This document shows, in pieces, positions 8,221-17,704 of a stretch of DNA of 64,000 nucleotides. The translations under genes and the position numbers were made by a program. The notes below the pieces were generated by a model that saw only the letters and a program-made list of their open reading frames with translations, was not told the origin of the DNA and did not search any database. Numbering within the stretch: position 1 is the first letter of the stretch; the number at the start of each line of letters is the position of its first letter. The stretch spans positions 32,001 to 96,000 of the forward strand of contig CAVYSE010000006.1 in NCBI GenBank assembly GCA_963771075.1. The letters run 5' to 3'. Origin of the DNA: a candidate division FCPU426 bacterium (GTDB lineage: Bacteria > Oederibacteriota > Muellerivitia > Muellerivitales > Muellerivitaceae).

Positions 8221-10618
8221 TGGAGAATATCTCCTTCAAATAGGAAAGGATCTTAGACACGGACTCGTTTACTTCGGCGTCGGTCAGGGTTCGGTCCGAA
8301 TGTCGGAACCGAAGCCGGAAGGCCAGACTGCGGGACCCCTCAGGAACCCCTTGCCCCCGGTAGTGGTCAAAAAGGGCCATGGAAACCAAAAAGGGAGGTT
8401 TTGAGGCCTTAACCCCTTCCAACACTTGAGCCGATGTTACACCATCAGGTACAACCAGGGCAACGTCTCTCCATGCCTCAGGGAAGCGGGGCAGGGGTTG
8501 GTAGTGGGAAGATTCGGCGGGTTCCTCACCCATAAGCGTTAGGTTCGCCTCCACAGCCGCGACAGGGCCTGTGAGGCCGAAGTTTTTCAGGGCGCGGGGG
8601 CTCAGCATGCCTCCCCATATGAGTGTATTGCCGGACCCGTCACAGGCCCTAAAACTTTCACTATTTTGGTAGGGCATGGTTAAAACCCCGTATTCCCACT
8701 TGGATTCCTTCAAACGGGCGAGTTTTACCAGGCTTTCGGCCAAACCCTTCGCGTCATAAAAGTCAGAAGGACGTTCATGGGCGGTCCAGGAAGGTTCTTG
8801 AATGAGTCCGGTGGCTACTGCGGCGATTTGGTAGGTTTCAGCCGGTCCCTTTCCTTTGACCGGGTGGAAGACCTTATTCAACTCATAGAGCGCGACCCGG
8901 GGCTGTTGGTGGGCAAAATTCAATTGAAGGTTTCCCAACAAAGAAGGCAACAAAGTGGGCCGCAAGACCTTTTGGTCCTCTGTGATGGGGTTGAGGAGGG
9001 CCTGGCTTTCCCTTAAGGGGTGGTCTGGGCCCAATAGAAGATGGTCCGCGTAATCGGGAGGCAGGAAGGTGGGATTCACCGCCTCGTAGAAACCATTCTG
9101 ATGTAAAAGAAATCGGGTTTCTTCCTCGAAGGGGATGGCAGAACCCACTGGTGAGAGATGGGAAGAGATCTTGGGGGCCTGGACTTGGATCAAGTCATAT
9201 CCCGCGACCCTTGCCACTTCCTCGATGAAATCTATTTCACGGGTCAGGTCCAAACGCGAAGAGGGCGGTGTGATCCTGAAGATCCCTACATTGGAGCCTT
9301 TCTCAAGGGTACAACCTAGATTTTTCAAGATCACCAATTGCCTTTCTTCAGGGATCTGGGTTCCTAAGATCGTATCAGCCCGTTTAGGCCGGTAATCCAC
9401 CGCGCTAGGAATTGATACTTCGCCCTTTTTTGACAGGATACCTTTACAAAGGCTTCCACCTGCCAATTCCAAAAGAAGTTGAGCGGCGCGGTTCAAGGCT
9501 TTCTCAACGCCATGTGGGTCCACCCCACGCTCGAAGCGGTAGGAGGAATCGGTGGAGATGGCCAATCGCCTGCCGGCTTTGCGAATTCCGCCGGGTTGAA
9601 AAAGGGCGGATTCCAAAAGGATGTTTTGGGTGGTTTCGGTAACTTGAGAATTGTTTCCGCCCATGATCCCGGCGAGGGCAACCGGCTTGTCGGCGTCCGC
9701 GATGACTAGAAAGTCTTCTTGAAGGTCACGAATGGAGTTGTCCAATAATGGGATTTTCTCGCCTGATTTGGCCTGTCGGACGATGATTTCTTTTCCCGAA
9801 AGCTTGTCATAATCGAATGCGTGAAGGGGCTGGCCCATTTCCAGCATGACGTAATTGGTCGCATCCACCACATTGTTAATGGAACGCTGGCCTAAACGCT
9901 CCAGGGTTTGGCTGAGCCAACGAGGGGAGGGGCCAATTTTGACTCCCTCCAGGACCCTGCAGGTATAGAGGGGACAGAGAGTCGGGTTTTGGATCGTGAT
10001 CTTGGTTTTGGTTGCAATAGCCGGGCCGGCTTCAACAGGAGAGACTGCATCCGGGAACCGGACAGGACAGTTGAAGAGAGCTGAAATCTCACGAGCTACA
10101 CCCAGATGACTTAAGAGGTCTGGGCGATTTGGGAAGATTTCAAGCTCAAACAAGGTGTTAGGTAGGTCCATGTATTGTAAAAAGTCAGTTCCCACCGGGG
10201 CATCTGGTGGAAGGATGAGGATTCCCTCGGCGTCCTCGGCCAAACCCAGTTCTTTTGCCGAACAAAGCATTCCGAAAGATTCAACGTTTCGTATTTTCGT
10301 GGCTTTGATCTCAAAATTGCCGGGTAAGACCGCACCGATCCTAGCTAGGGGGACTTTTTGTCCGGGAGCGATGTTCTTAGCCCCGCAAACAATCTGTAGG
10401 GTTTCGGTACCAATGGAAACCTTGGTTAAGGAAAGCCTGTCGGCTTGGGGGTGTTTGTTTACTTCCAAAATCTCGCCTACGACCACTTGAGTAATATCTT
10501 TTCCAAAGGTTTGGACCGACTCCACAGGTATGCCGGCTTTTATCAATTTATCCAGGATTTCGGGGAGGGGAGCGGAGCAATCGATGTATTGACGGAGCCA
10601 TTTTTCAGAAATAAGCAT
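8207..10618 (-). CDS. pheT: Phenylalanyl-tRNA synthetase beta subunit
   Basis: MLISEKWL start, HPQADRL, IVCGAKN, PNRPDLLS, SSYRFERG and a C-terminal ferredoxin-fold anticodon-binding domain. Confidence 0.96.
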   Translation of the reverse strand: MLISEKWLRQYIDCSAPLPEILDKLIKAGIPVESVQTFGKDITQVVVGEILEVNKHPQADRLSLTKVSIGTETLQIVCGAKNIAPGQKVPLARIGAVLPGNFEIKATKIRNVESFGMLCSAKELGLAEDAEGILILPPDAPVGTDFLQYMDLPNTLFELEIFPNRPDLLSHLGVAREISALFNCPVRFPDAVSPVEAGPAIATKTKITIQNPTLCPLYTCRVLEGVKIGPSPRWLSQTLERLGQRSINNVVDATNYVMLEMGQPLHAFDYDKLSGKEIIVRQAKSGEKIPLLDNSIRDLQEDFLVIADADKPVALAGIMGGNNSQVTETTQNILLESALFQPGGIRKAGRRLAISTDSSYRFERGVDPHGVEKALNRAAQLLLELAGGSLCKGILSKKGEVSIPSAVDYRPKRADTILGTQIPEERQLVILKNLGCTLEKGSNVGIFRITPPSSRLDLTREIDFIEEVARVAGYDLIQVQAPKISSHLSPVGSAIPFEEETRFLLHQNGFYEAVNPTFLPPDYADHLLLGPDHPLRESQALLNPITEDQKVLRPTLLPSLLGNLQLNFAHQQPRVALYELNKVFHPVKGKGPAETYQIAAVATGLIQEPSWTAHERPSDFYDAKGLAESLVKLARLKESKWEYGVLTMPYQNSESFRACDGSGNTLIWGGMLSPRALKNFGLTGPVAAVEANLTLMGEEPAESSHYQPLPRFPEAWRDVALVVPDGVTSAQVLEGVKASKPPFLVSMALFDHYRGQGVPEGSRSLAFRLRFRHSDRTLTDAEVNESVSKILSYLKEIFSIAIR

Positions 10619-10664
10619 TGGAATTCCTTGGAACCTCATGAGCGAATAGTGTGATGGTTTGCAA

Positions 10665-10693
10665 AGTTTAGATTAGCCGAAAAACCCTGTCAA
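10665..10693 (-). promoter_or_regulatory. Sigma70-type promoter for pheT-zapB-like-zapA
   Basis: TTGACA-17 nt-TAAACT on the minus strand. Confidence 0.6.
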
Positions 10694-10702
10694 TCAATCG
10701 CT

Positions 10703-10839
10703 GTCATTGCGAGGTATGCCCGACGAATAGTCGGGTTTTAATGACGAAGCAAACCCAGTTTTGATCTTCCATTAAAATTACTTCGATAACCAACCGTGAA
10801 ATGAGTTCGCAGCGCCAAATCATTCGGGCTCGCAATAAT
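10703..10839. repeat. REP-like palindromic element (GTCATTGCGAG...GAAGCAA...CTCGCAAT type)
   Basis: Inverted ends GTCATTGCGAG and CTCGCAATAAT with an inner hairpin CCCGAC..GTCGGG; related element at 63511-63784. Confidence 0.6.
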
Positions 10840-10953
10840 AACTATTTGAACCTTTTTTTGATGAATTCGTGTGTTCCTATCCTTTAAGCTAAACCCGACT
10901 TTAATAAGGCCTTAAATTTTTAAGCATTCTACAAGAGAAGGGTGGTGGTGGTT

Positions 10954-12049
10954 TTGGCGTTGTTCGAGTTGGACGTCAGGGAATTGGAACGCAAATTCAC
11001 CGAAGTGAGGGATCATCTTTGACCCCGCTCAGGTCAACCGTGACATTGAGCGCTTAGAGGCTCAAACCACCCAACCTGACTTCTGGAGCAATCCCAAGGC
11101 CGCACAAGAGGTCACTTCACAACTCTCCCGACTCAAGGATACCCAGGCCCTGGTCAATGATTTCGAGAAGCAGTACCACGACCTATTGGCCTGCCAGGAA
11201 CTTCTGAAAGACGAGCACGACCCTGCCCTTTTGGCCGAAATGGAGCAAAGCCACAAGCGCTTCGAGGTGGATTTTCGGAATTTCGAATTAAAACGCAATT
11301 TCACTGGAAAATACGATTTCAATAACGCCTATGTATCAATCCATCCCGGCGCGGGCGGCACCGAAAGCCAGGATTGGGCCAGCATGCTTTTGCGCATGTA
11401 CCTGCGGTGGATGGAATCCAAGGGCTATGAAGTGGAAACTCTCGACTATCAAGTCGCCGATGAGGCGGGCATCAAGTCCGTTTCCCTTTGGGTGAAAGGC
11501 CCCTGGGCATTTGGTTTTTTAAAGGTGGAAAGGGGCGTTCACCGTCTGGTCCGAATTTCTCCATTTGACGCCAATAAGAGGCGCCATACCTCTTTTTCAT
11601 CGGTGGATGTTATGCCGGAAGTCGAAGATGTGGAATTTGAAATCCGATGGGACGACATCAAGCTCGATACCTTTCGTTCCGGCGGCAAAGGCGGACAAAA
11701 CGTCAACAAGGTGGAAACAGCCGTTCGCCTGACCCACATTCCAACAGGCATCATCGTGGCATGCCAAACCCAGAGGTCCCAGCTTCAAAACAAGGAACAG
11801 GCCCTGAAGATGCTCAAAGCCCGTCTCTTTACCTATTACCAGGATATCCATGACGAGGAAATGGCCAAGGTGGCGGGATCCAAGAAGAAGATCGAGTGGG
11901 GAAGCCAAATTCGTTCATATGTTTTCCAGCCTTACCAATTGGTCAAGGACCACCGAAGTGAGGTGGAGGTCAACGATATCAACCGGGTCATGGACGGGGA
12001 CCTGGACCCATTTATCGAAGCGGCCCTAAAAGCGAGATTGGTCGAATAG
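10954..12049 (+). CDS. prfB: Peptide chain release factor 2 with programmed +1 frameshift
   Basis: The first frame ([22 protein letters not shown]) ends at AGGGA-TCAT-CTT-TGA-C (CTT at 11017-11019). The +1 frame continues DPAQ...PDFWSN and contains SPF and GGQ. The start could be a GTG at 10942-10948 instead. Confidence 0.95.
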
Positions 12050-12184
12050 TTTTTGGAGTTTAACAGTTGAACTTTAATTCGGCTACATTCGGGTCTCTCG
12101 GAAATGGTGCTTTTAAGTAATGGAAAGATGAAAAAGTTTGATATTCCAAATTCGTTCTGGATTTTTTATGGATTTGTCCCTGCA

Positions 12185-12213
12185 TTGACCCCCCTCAGGC
12201 TCATTGTTATGAT
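12185..12213 (+). promoter_or_regulatory. Sigma70-type promoter of lysS
   Basis: TTGACC-17 nt-TATGAT with an extended -10 TG. Confidence 0.6.
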
Positions 12214-12259
12214 TCACGGGATTTAGGTCCTAATACAAACGGCCATTAAGGAATCTTTC

Positions 12260-13768
12260 TTGTCCGAACTCAACGAATTCGTCAAAATTCGCCTCGAAAA
12301 GCTGAAAACGCTACGGGAAAAGGGAATTAATCCTTATCCTTCCGCTGCCTTTCCTCAAACCCACCATTCAGCGGATATCATCGCCAAGTATCCTCAACTT
12401 CAGGCTGGGGAGCATGTCGAGGGAGACAAGGTCTCCCTCGCGGGACGGCTCATGACCATTCGGGGAATGGGTAAAAGTTCATTCGCCCACTTACAAGATG
12501 CCAAAGGGCGCATCCAGATTTACGTCCGGTTAGATGGGGTCGGGGAAGCCAACTACGAGCTTTTTAAGTCCCTCGATCTGGGCGATATTTTGGGTGTCAC
12601 AGGATTTCCATTCAAAACCAAGACGGGGGAAGTTTCCGTCCATGTGGAATCTTTCCAATTGCTATCCAAGGCTCTCCATCCACTTCCTGAAAAATGGCAT
12701 GGCCTGACAGATTTGGAAACCCGCTACCGCAACAGGTATGTGGATTTAATCGTCAATGCCGATGTTAAGAAAACTTTCGAAATCCGGTCGAAGGTGGTGG
12801 CCGCTATCCGCAACCACATGGATTCCCAAGGCTTTTTGGAAGTCGAAACCCCCATGATGCATCCCATCCCTGGCGGGGCCACGGCACGCCCCTTTGTCAC
12901 GCACCACAACACCCTGGATATAGATCTTTACCTTCGCGTGGCGCCTGAGCTTTATTTAAAACGACTGGTGGTGGGGGGCTTCGAGCGAGTTTACGAGATC
13001 AACCGAAACTTCCGCAATGAGGGCATCAGCATTAAGCACAACCCCGAATTCACCATGTTGGAAGCCTACCAGGCTTATGGAAACAATGAAACCGCCATGA
13101 CCCTCACCGAAAGTTTACTCGCGGAAATGGCTAAGGCTGCCGGCCAAGGGCTCAAATTCAAGACTGGAGAAGTGGACCTAGATTTCACCCCCCCTTTTAA
13201 ACGTATGCCCCTTCTTGGAGCTTTAAAAGAATTGGGGGGTGTGGATTACGACACAACCAGCATTGAGGAATTGCGCAAAAGAGTTTTAGGCACCAACGCC
13301 CAAGTCAAGCATTTGGACAAACTTTCCAAAGCGGAATTGGCTTATCTCCTCTTTGGGGAACTGGTCGAATCCAAACTCATTCAACCGACCTTTATCACCG
13401 AATTCCCCGTTGAAGTTTCTCCCCTGGCCAAGGCAAGGTCGGATAAGCCTGAATTGACGGAACGGTTCGAACTATTCATTTATGGAAGGGAAATAGCAAA
13501 TGGCTTTTCCGAATTAAATGACCCGGTGGACCAGCGCAGGCGATTTGAGAAGCAAGTGGAATTACGCCAGGCTGGCGATGAGGAAGGAATGTATTTGGAC
13601 GAGGACTATATCCTCGCTCTTTCATATGGGATGCCCCCTGCGGGCGGGGTTGGAATTGGAATTGATCGTTTGTTGATGCTCTTGACCAACAGCCCCTCGA
13701 TTAGGGACGTAATACTTTTCCCTCTTTTGCGGCCTCGGGGCGACGAGGAAACGGTTGTTTTTGAATAA
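12260..13768 (+). CDS. lysS: Lysyl-tRNA synthetase, class II
   Basis: LPEKWHGL, YLRVAPELYLKRL, FRNEG..HNPEF and GIGIDRL motifs; TTG start with AAGGA RBS. Confidence 0.97.
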   Translation: MSELNEFVKIRLEKLKTLREKGINPYPSAAFPQTHHSADIIAKYPQLQAGEHVEGDKVSLAGRLMTIRGMGKSSFAHLQDAKGRIQIYVRLDGVGEANYELFKSLDLGDILGVTGFPFKTKTGEVSVHVESFQLLSKALHPLPEKWHGLTDLETRYRNRYVDLIVNADVKKTFEIRSKVVAAIRNHMDSQGFLEVETPMMHPIPGGATARPFVTHHNTLDIDLYLRVAPELYLKRLVVGGFERVYEINRNFRNEGISIKHNPEFTMLEAYQAYGNNETAMTLTESLLAEMAKAAGQGLKFKTGEVDLDFTPPFKRMPLLGALKELGGVDYDTTSIEELRKRVLGTNAQVKHLDKLSKAELAYLLFGELVESKLIQPTFITEFPVEVSPLAKARSDKPELTERFELFIYGREIANGFSELNDPVDQRRRFEKQVELRQAGDEEGMYLDEDYILALSYGMPPAGGVGIGIDRLLMLLTNSPSIRDVILFPLLRPRGDEETVVFE

Positions 13769-13954
13769 AGAAGAACCGAAATCTAACGCAAAGACACTAA
13801 GACGCTAAGAAAGATAAAATTGTTTGAAGAACCAAAATTTTAGGCCCCAATCGAAAGGGCATTTTTTTTACACATCAAGATTTACCTCGTAGCTATGCGA
13901 AGAAAGATGGTTGGTCATTGTTTCGACAGTTTCGATTTCTTTTAAAGGCTTGAC

Positions 13955-15208
13955 GTGAACCTTCCTTTTGAAATCTTCCTGGGGTTGCGTTACCTGCGCT
14001 CAAAACGCAAGCGCAAGGCCATATCCATCCTGACTTGGCTATCTGTCGGGGGTGTGGCCATCGGGGTGATGGCTCTTAATGTTGTTCTATCGGTCATGAA
14101 TGGGTTCGATGACGACCTGAAGTCGAAAATTGTAGGACTTAATGCCCATATCGTGGTGGCAGGGTTTAAAAACCGACCGCTAGGCAATTACCAGCAAATC
14201 ACGGAAGCCATCCGCACCATGCCCCATGTTAAATCGGTGGGCCCTTACGTTGAGGGCCAGGCGCTTGCCCGATCCAAGGAAAGGTCTTTGGGAGTCATGG
14301 TTTGGGGCGTGGACCCTAACGCACCCCAGGCCATCGCTGATTTAAACAAGTTTTTGTGGAGCGCCAAGGCCACGGATTTGCTTTTGCCGGCTAACCCGGG
14401 TGCGGGACGAAGCGAGCGCATTTTCCTAGGGGCGGAACTGGCTCAACGTCTCCAGGTAACGGTGGGGGATGACCTGATCCTCTTTCTGCCTATTCTTCAG
14501 CAGACTCCTTTGGGAATGATGCCTCGCAGTTCGAAGTTCCAGGTGGTTGGTATCCTTTCCACGGGTATGTATGACTATGATTCGGCTTATACCTATGTTT
14601 CGCTGGAAAATGGGCAAAAAATGTATCAACTTGACCCCAATGTGACCGGGGTCGCGGTGAAGGTGGACGACGTGGATAAGGCCCCGGCCGTTGCCAAGGC
14701 TATCCGGGAAAAATTCAATGGAGTTTATTTCGTACAGGATTGGTTGCAGATGAACCACAATCTCTTCGTGGCCCTTCAGACCGAGAAGTGGGTAATGGGC
14801 ATTATTCTTTTCCTCATCGTGTTGGTGGCGGCCCTGAACATCGTAAACCCCCTCACCATGATGGTGATCGAAAAAACACGGGAAATCGGTATTCTCAAGG
14901 CCATGGGTAGCACGGATAAAAGCATTACGCTCCTCTTTATATTCGAGGGTATGTTCATCGGCGTTATCGGCATACTGGTAGGCCTTTTGGGGGGGTACGT
15001 TTTGTGTGAAATCATCGCCCGGGTCCCTATCCCTATGCCGGGCGGAGGAATGGTTTATTACATTGACCGCTTACCGGTGAAAGTGGAACCGGGTCTTTGT
15101 TATGGGGTCATCCCACTCGTGTCGGTCGTGCTTTGTTTTTTGGCGACCCTTTACCCGGCCCTCCAGGCGGCGAAGTTAGAGCCTGTTGAAGCAATTCGTT
15201 ACAGTTGA
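13955..15208 (+). CDS. Lipoprotein-releasing ABC transporter permease, LolC/E family
   Basis: LRYLRSKRK, VLSVMNGF and EKTREIGILKAMG motifs; four-TM MacB-like topology. Confidence 0.9.
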   Translation: MNLPFEIFLGLRYLRSKRKRKAISILTWLSVGGVAIGVMALNVVLSVMNGFDDDLKSKIVGLNAHIVVAGFKNRPLGNYQQITEAIRTMPHVKSVGPYVEGQALARSKERSLGVMVWGVDPNAPQAIADLNKFLWSAKATDLLLPANPGAGRSERIFLGAELAQRLQVTVGDDLILFLPILQQTPLGMMPRSSKFQVVGILSTGMYDYDSAYTYVSLENGQKMYQLDPNVTGVAVKVDDVDKAPAVAKAIREKFNGVYFVQDWLQMNHNLFVALQTEKWVMGIILFLIVLVAALNIVNPLTMMVIEKTREIGILKAMGSTDKSITLLFIFEGMFIGVIGILVGLLGGYVLCEIIARVPIPMPGGGMVYYIDRLPVKVEPGLCYGVIPLVSVVLCFLATLYPALQAAKLEPVEAIRYS

Positions 15209-15226
15209 ATAAGATCAAGGTTTGAA

Positions 15227-15907
15227 ATGGAAATATTAGAAGTCGACAAGGTCACCAAAACATTTCGTCTGGACGGGCAGGAAATCAACGCCCTGAAAAA
15301 CGTCTCCTTTACCTTGGACGCGGGAGACATCACCGTCGTCCTAGGCCCATCGGGGTCGGGCAAGAGCACCCTGCTTACTTTACTAGGGGGATTGAGCAGC
15401 CCTTCCGAAGGTAAGGTCTATTGCCGACACCAATCCCTGTATGATTTGAAAGGGCATGCTTTGGCCGGGTTGAGAAACAAGTTTTTTGGTTTTATTTTCC
15501 AGTTCCACCATTTGATGCCCGAATTAACAGCCCTTGAAAATATCATTCTGCCGGGCAGGGTTGCCCGAAAACCCTACGAATTATGCTTGGATCGGGCGAA
15601 GAAACTTTTATCACAAGTTGGACTTTCGAATAGAGCGAATCACAAACCCGGTGAGCTTTCCGGGGGGGAACAGCAAAGGGTGGCGGTTTGCCGAGCCATG
15701 ATGAATGAACCGGAAGTGATCCTAGCGGACGAGCCCACCGGCAACCTGGATTACAAAACCGCCGATGGAATTCACGATGCCCTTTGGAACCTTTGCCAGA
15801 CCGAGGGCCGGACCCTCATCGTGGTGACTCATTTTGAGCCTTTGGCCAAACGTGCCGACCATGTGCTGACCCTTCAAAACGGCCAGGTCACACAAAAACG
15901 CAATTAG
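15227..15907 (+). CDS. lolD: Lipoprotein-releasing ABC transporter ATPase
   Basis: [26 protein letters not shown] and ADEPTGNLD motifs. Confidence 0.88.
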   Translation: MEILEVDKVTKTFRLDGQEINALKNVSFTLDAGDITVVLGPSGSGKSTLLTLLGGLSSPSEGKVYCRHQSLYDLKGHALAGLRNKFFGFIFQFHHLMPELTALENIILPGRVARKPYELCLDRAKKLLSQVGLSNRANHKPGELSGGEQQRVAVCRAMMNEPEVILADEPTGNLDYKTADGIHDALWNLCQTEGRTLIVVTHFEPLAKRADHVLTLQNGQVTQKRN

Positions 15908-15997
15908 GACCCTGGCCACTGAGCACATTCTTACTGTTTTTTGTCTTATTTCTGTTAATTTATCCCCTTTCAACCAAACGGGAGCGTTTTAAAAGAA

Positions 15998-16561
15998 ATG
16001 ATTTGTCAAAAATGCGGGCAAAGACAAGCGACCGTTTTCTTTTCCCAAACAGTGGGAAATGAAACCACCCAGGCGCATTTGTGCGAGGTTTGCGCCCAGG
16101 AACAGGGTCAGTCATTCGGGGTCTGGAACGCCCTGAATTTCCATCCCTTGGCTGCCCTCACGGGTCTGATCCATCAAATACTACCGTGGAATACAACCGC
16201 TGACGGTTCTGGGGGAGAGGGTGCTTCCGCCTTCCCCGCTTCTGAGACCCAACTTCAGTGTCCACATTGTGGCTACCAACTATCCACCTTTAGACAAAAT
16301 GGCCGCCTGGGGTGTACCAAGTGTTATGAAACCTTCGCGCCTTTTATGGATAACCTCATCACCAGCATCCACGGTCATGCCCGACACGTGGATGAGAAGG
16401 CTCCGACGAGTCTTGCGGATGAACCTGCCCAGGATACCGGAGCCGCTTCGTCCGATGCGATTTCCGCGATGAGGGTGAAGATGCAGGAAGCCATTAAAAA
16501 AGAGAAGTTCGAAGAAGCGGCGAGGATTCGCGACGAGATCAAAAAGTTGGAGACAACCTAA
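15998..16561 (+). CDS. mcsA: Protein-arginine kinase activator McsA
   Basis: Four CxxC pairs, RLGC..CY and a C-terminal UVR domain (FEEAARIRDEI). Confidence 0.9.
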   Translation: MICQKCGQRQATVFFSQTVGNETTQAHLCEVCAQEQGQSFGVWNALNFHPLAALTGLIHQILPWNTTADGSGGEGASAFPASETQLQCPHCGYQLSTFRQNGRLGCTKCYETFAPFMDNLITSIHGHARHVDEKAPTSLADEPAQDTGAASSDAISAMRVKMQEAIKKEKFEEAARIRDEIKKLETT

Positions 16562-16562
16562 A

Positions 16563-17624
16563 ATGGCCTTTGAGGAATTGCTGAAAAGTTCAGATGAATG
16601 GTTTTCCCAATCCGGCCCCCTGAACGGATCGATCGTGTCCGCCCGTGTCCGTTTCGCGCGAAATTTTGAGGGCCGGAAGTTCCCGCACCATGCGAGCGCG
16701 GCGGAACAGCGCGAAATCGTGGAGACCGTCCAGCGGGCGTTCCTCACCGAACCCGATCTTTCCCATCTTCAATTCGTCCGATTGAACGAGGTTTCGTCCC
16801 TCGACCGGCAATTCCTGACTGAACGCCAACTCATTTCCGCCGAGCACGCGGCCAGCTTGGGGGAAAGGGCGGTCGCCTTTGACGAAAAGTTGGGATATAG
16901 CTTCCTCATAAATGAAGAAGATCAAATCCGCTTGCAGGCTTTTCGGAGCGGGCTGAGCCTAAAAGAGGCGACCCAGACCCTCACCCAGGTGGAACGCCGG
17001 TTGTCGGAAAGATTACCCTTTGCCCTTCATCCCGAATACGGCTATTTGACCGCCTGTCCCACCAACCTGGGTTTGGCCTTTCGGGCAAGCGTCATGGTTC
17101 ACCTGCCCTTTCTGGTCTATTCCAACCGGATCGCCCAGGTGCTTCAAGGGGTCGCCCAGGTGGGTTTAAATGTGCGTGGCTTGCAGGGGGAAACCACCCA
17201 AATTGCCAGCGCTTTCTTCCAGATCTCCAACCAGACTTCTTTGGGCAAAACCACGTCCGAAATCGTGGAACACGTGGAGAGGGTAGCGCGTCAAATGGTA
17301 GAGGCCGAAAGCATGGCCCAAAAGGCTCTTTTCCAAAAGGAGAAAGATAAGGTGGTGGACCGTATCTGTCGGGGCCTGGGCACCCTGAAGTACGCCCGGT
17401 GGGTGGATCTGCAGGAAGGCCTGGATGGGCTTTCGGGCCTGCGAGTGGGTGTGAACCAAAAATTATTACGTGGCATCGACTTGCCAATTTTGAACCGGCT
17501 TCTGATCATGATTCAACCGGCGCATTTGGCCAAACAGTCGAAAGGGGAAATGAACCCCCAAACCGAGTGGGCCGACCGAGCCCGGCTGCTGAATCAGGTG
17601 TTGAAAAGCGTGGAACCGGTATAG
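16563..17624 (+). CDS. mcsB: Protein-arginine kinase McsB
   Basis: RVRFARN, INEEDQIR, GYLTACPTNLG and FQISNQ motifs; located between mcsA and clpC. Confidence 0.9.
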   Translation: MAFEELLKSSDEWFSQSGPLNGSIVSARVRFARNFEGRKFPHHASAAEQREIVETVQRAFLTEPDLSHLQFVRLNEVSSLDRQFLTERQLISAEHAASLGERAVAFDEKLGYSFLINEEDQIRLQAFRSGLSLKEATQTLTQVERRLSERLPFALHPEYGYLTACPTNLGLAFRASVMVHLPFLVYSNRIAQVLQGVAQVGLNVRGLQGETTQIASAFFQISNQTSLGKTTSEIVEHVERVARQMVEAESMAQKALFQKEKDKVVDRICRGLGTLKYARWVDLQEGLDGLSGLRVGVNQKLLRGIDLPILNRLLIMIQPAHLAKQSKGEMNPQTEWADRARLLNQVLKSVEPV

Positions 17625-17704
17625 GCACCTCAGGCTTAATTCATTGATTTATCCACCCGGTTCAGTTGAAATAAGGAAACGAGAGCTTTTTTAAGGAGCA
17701 TTCA

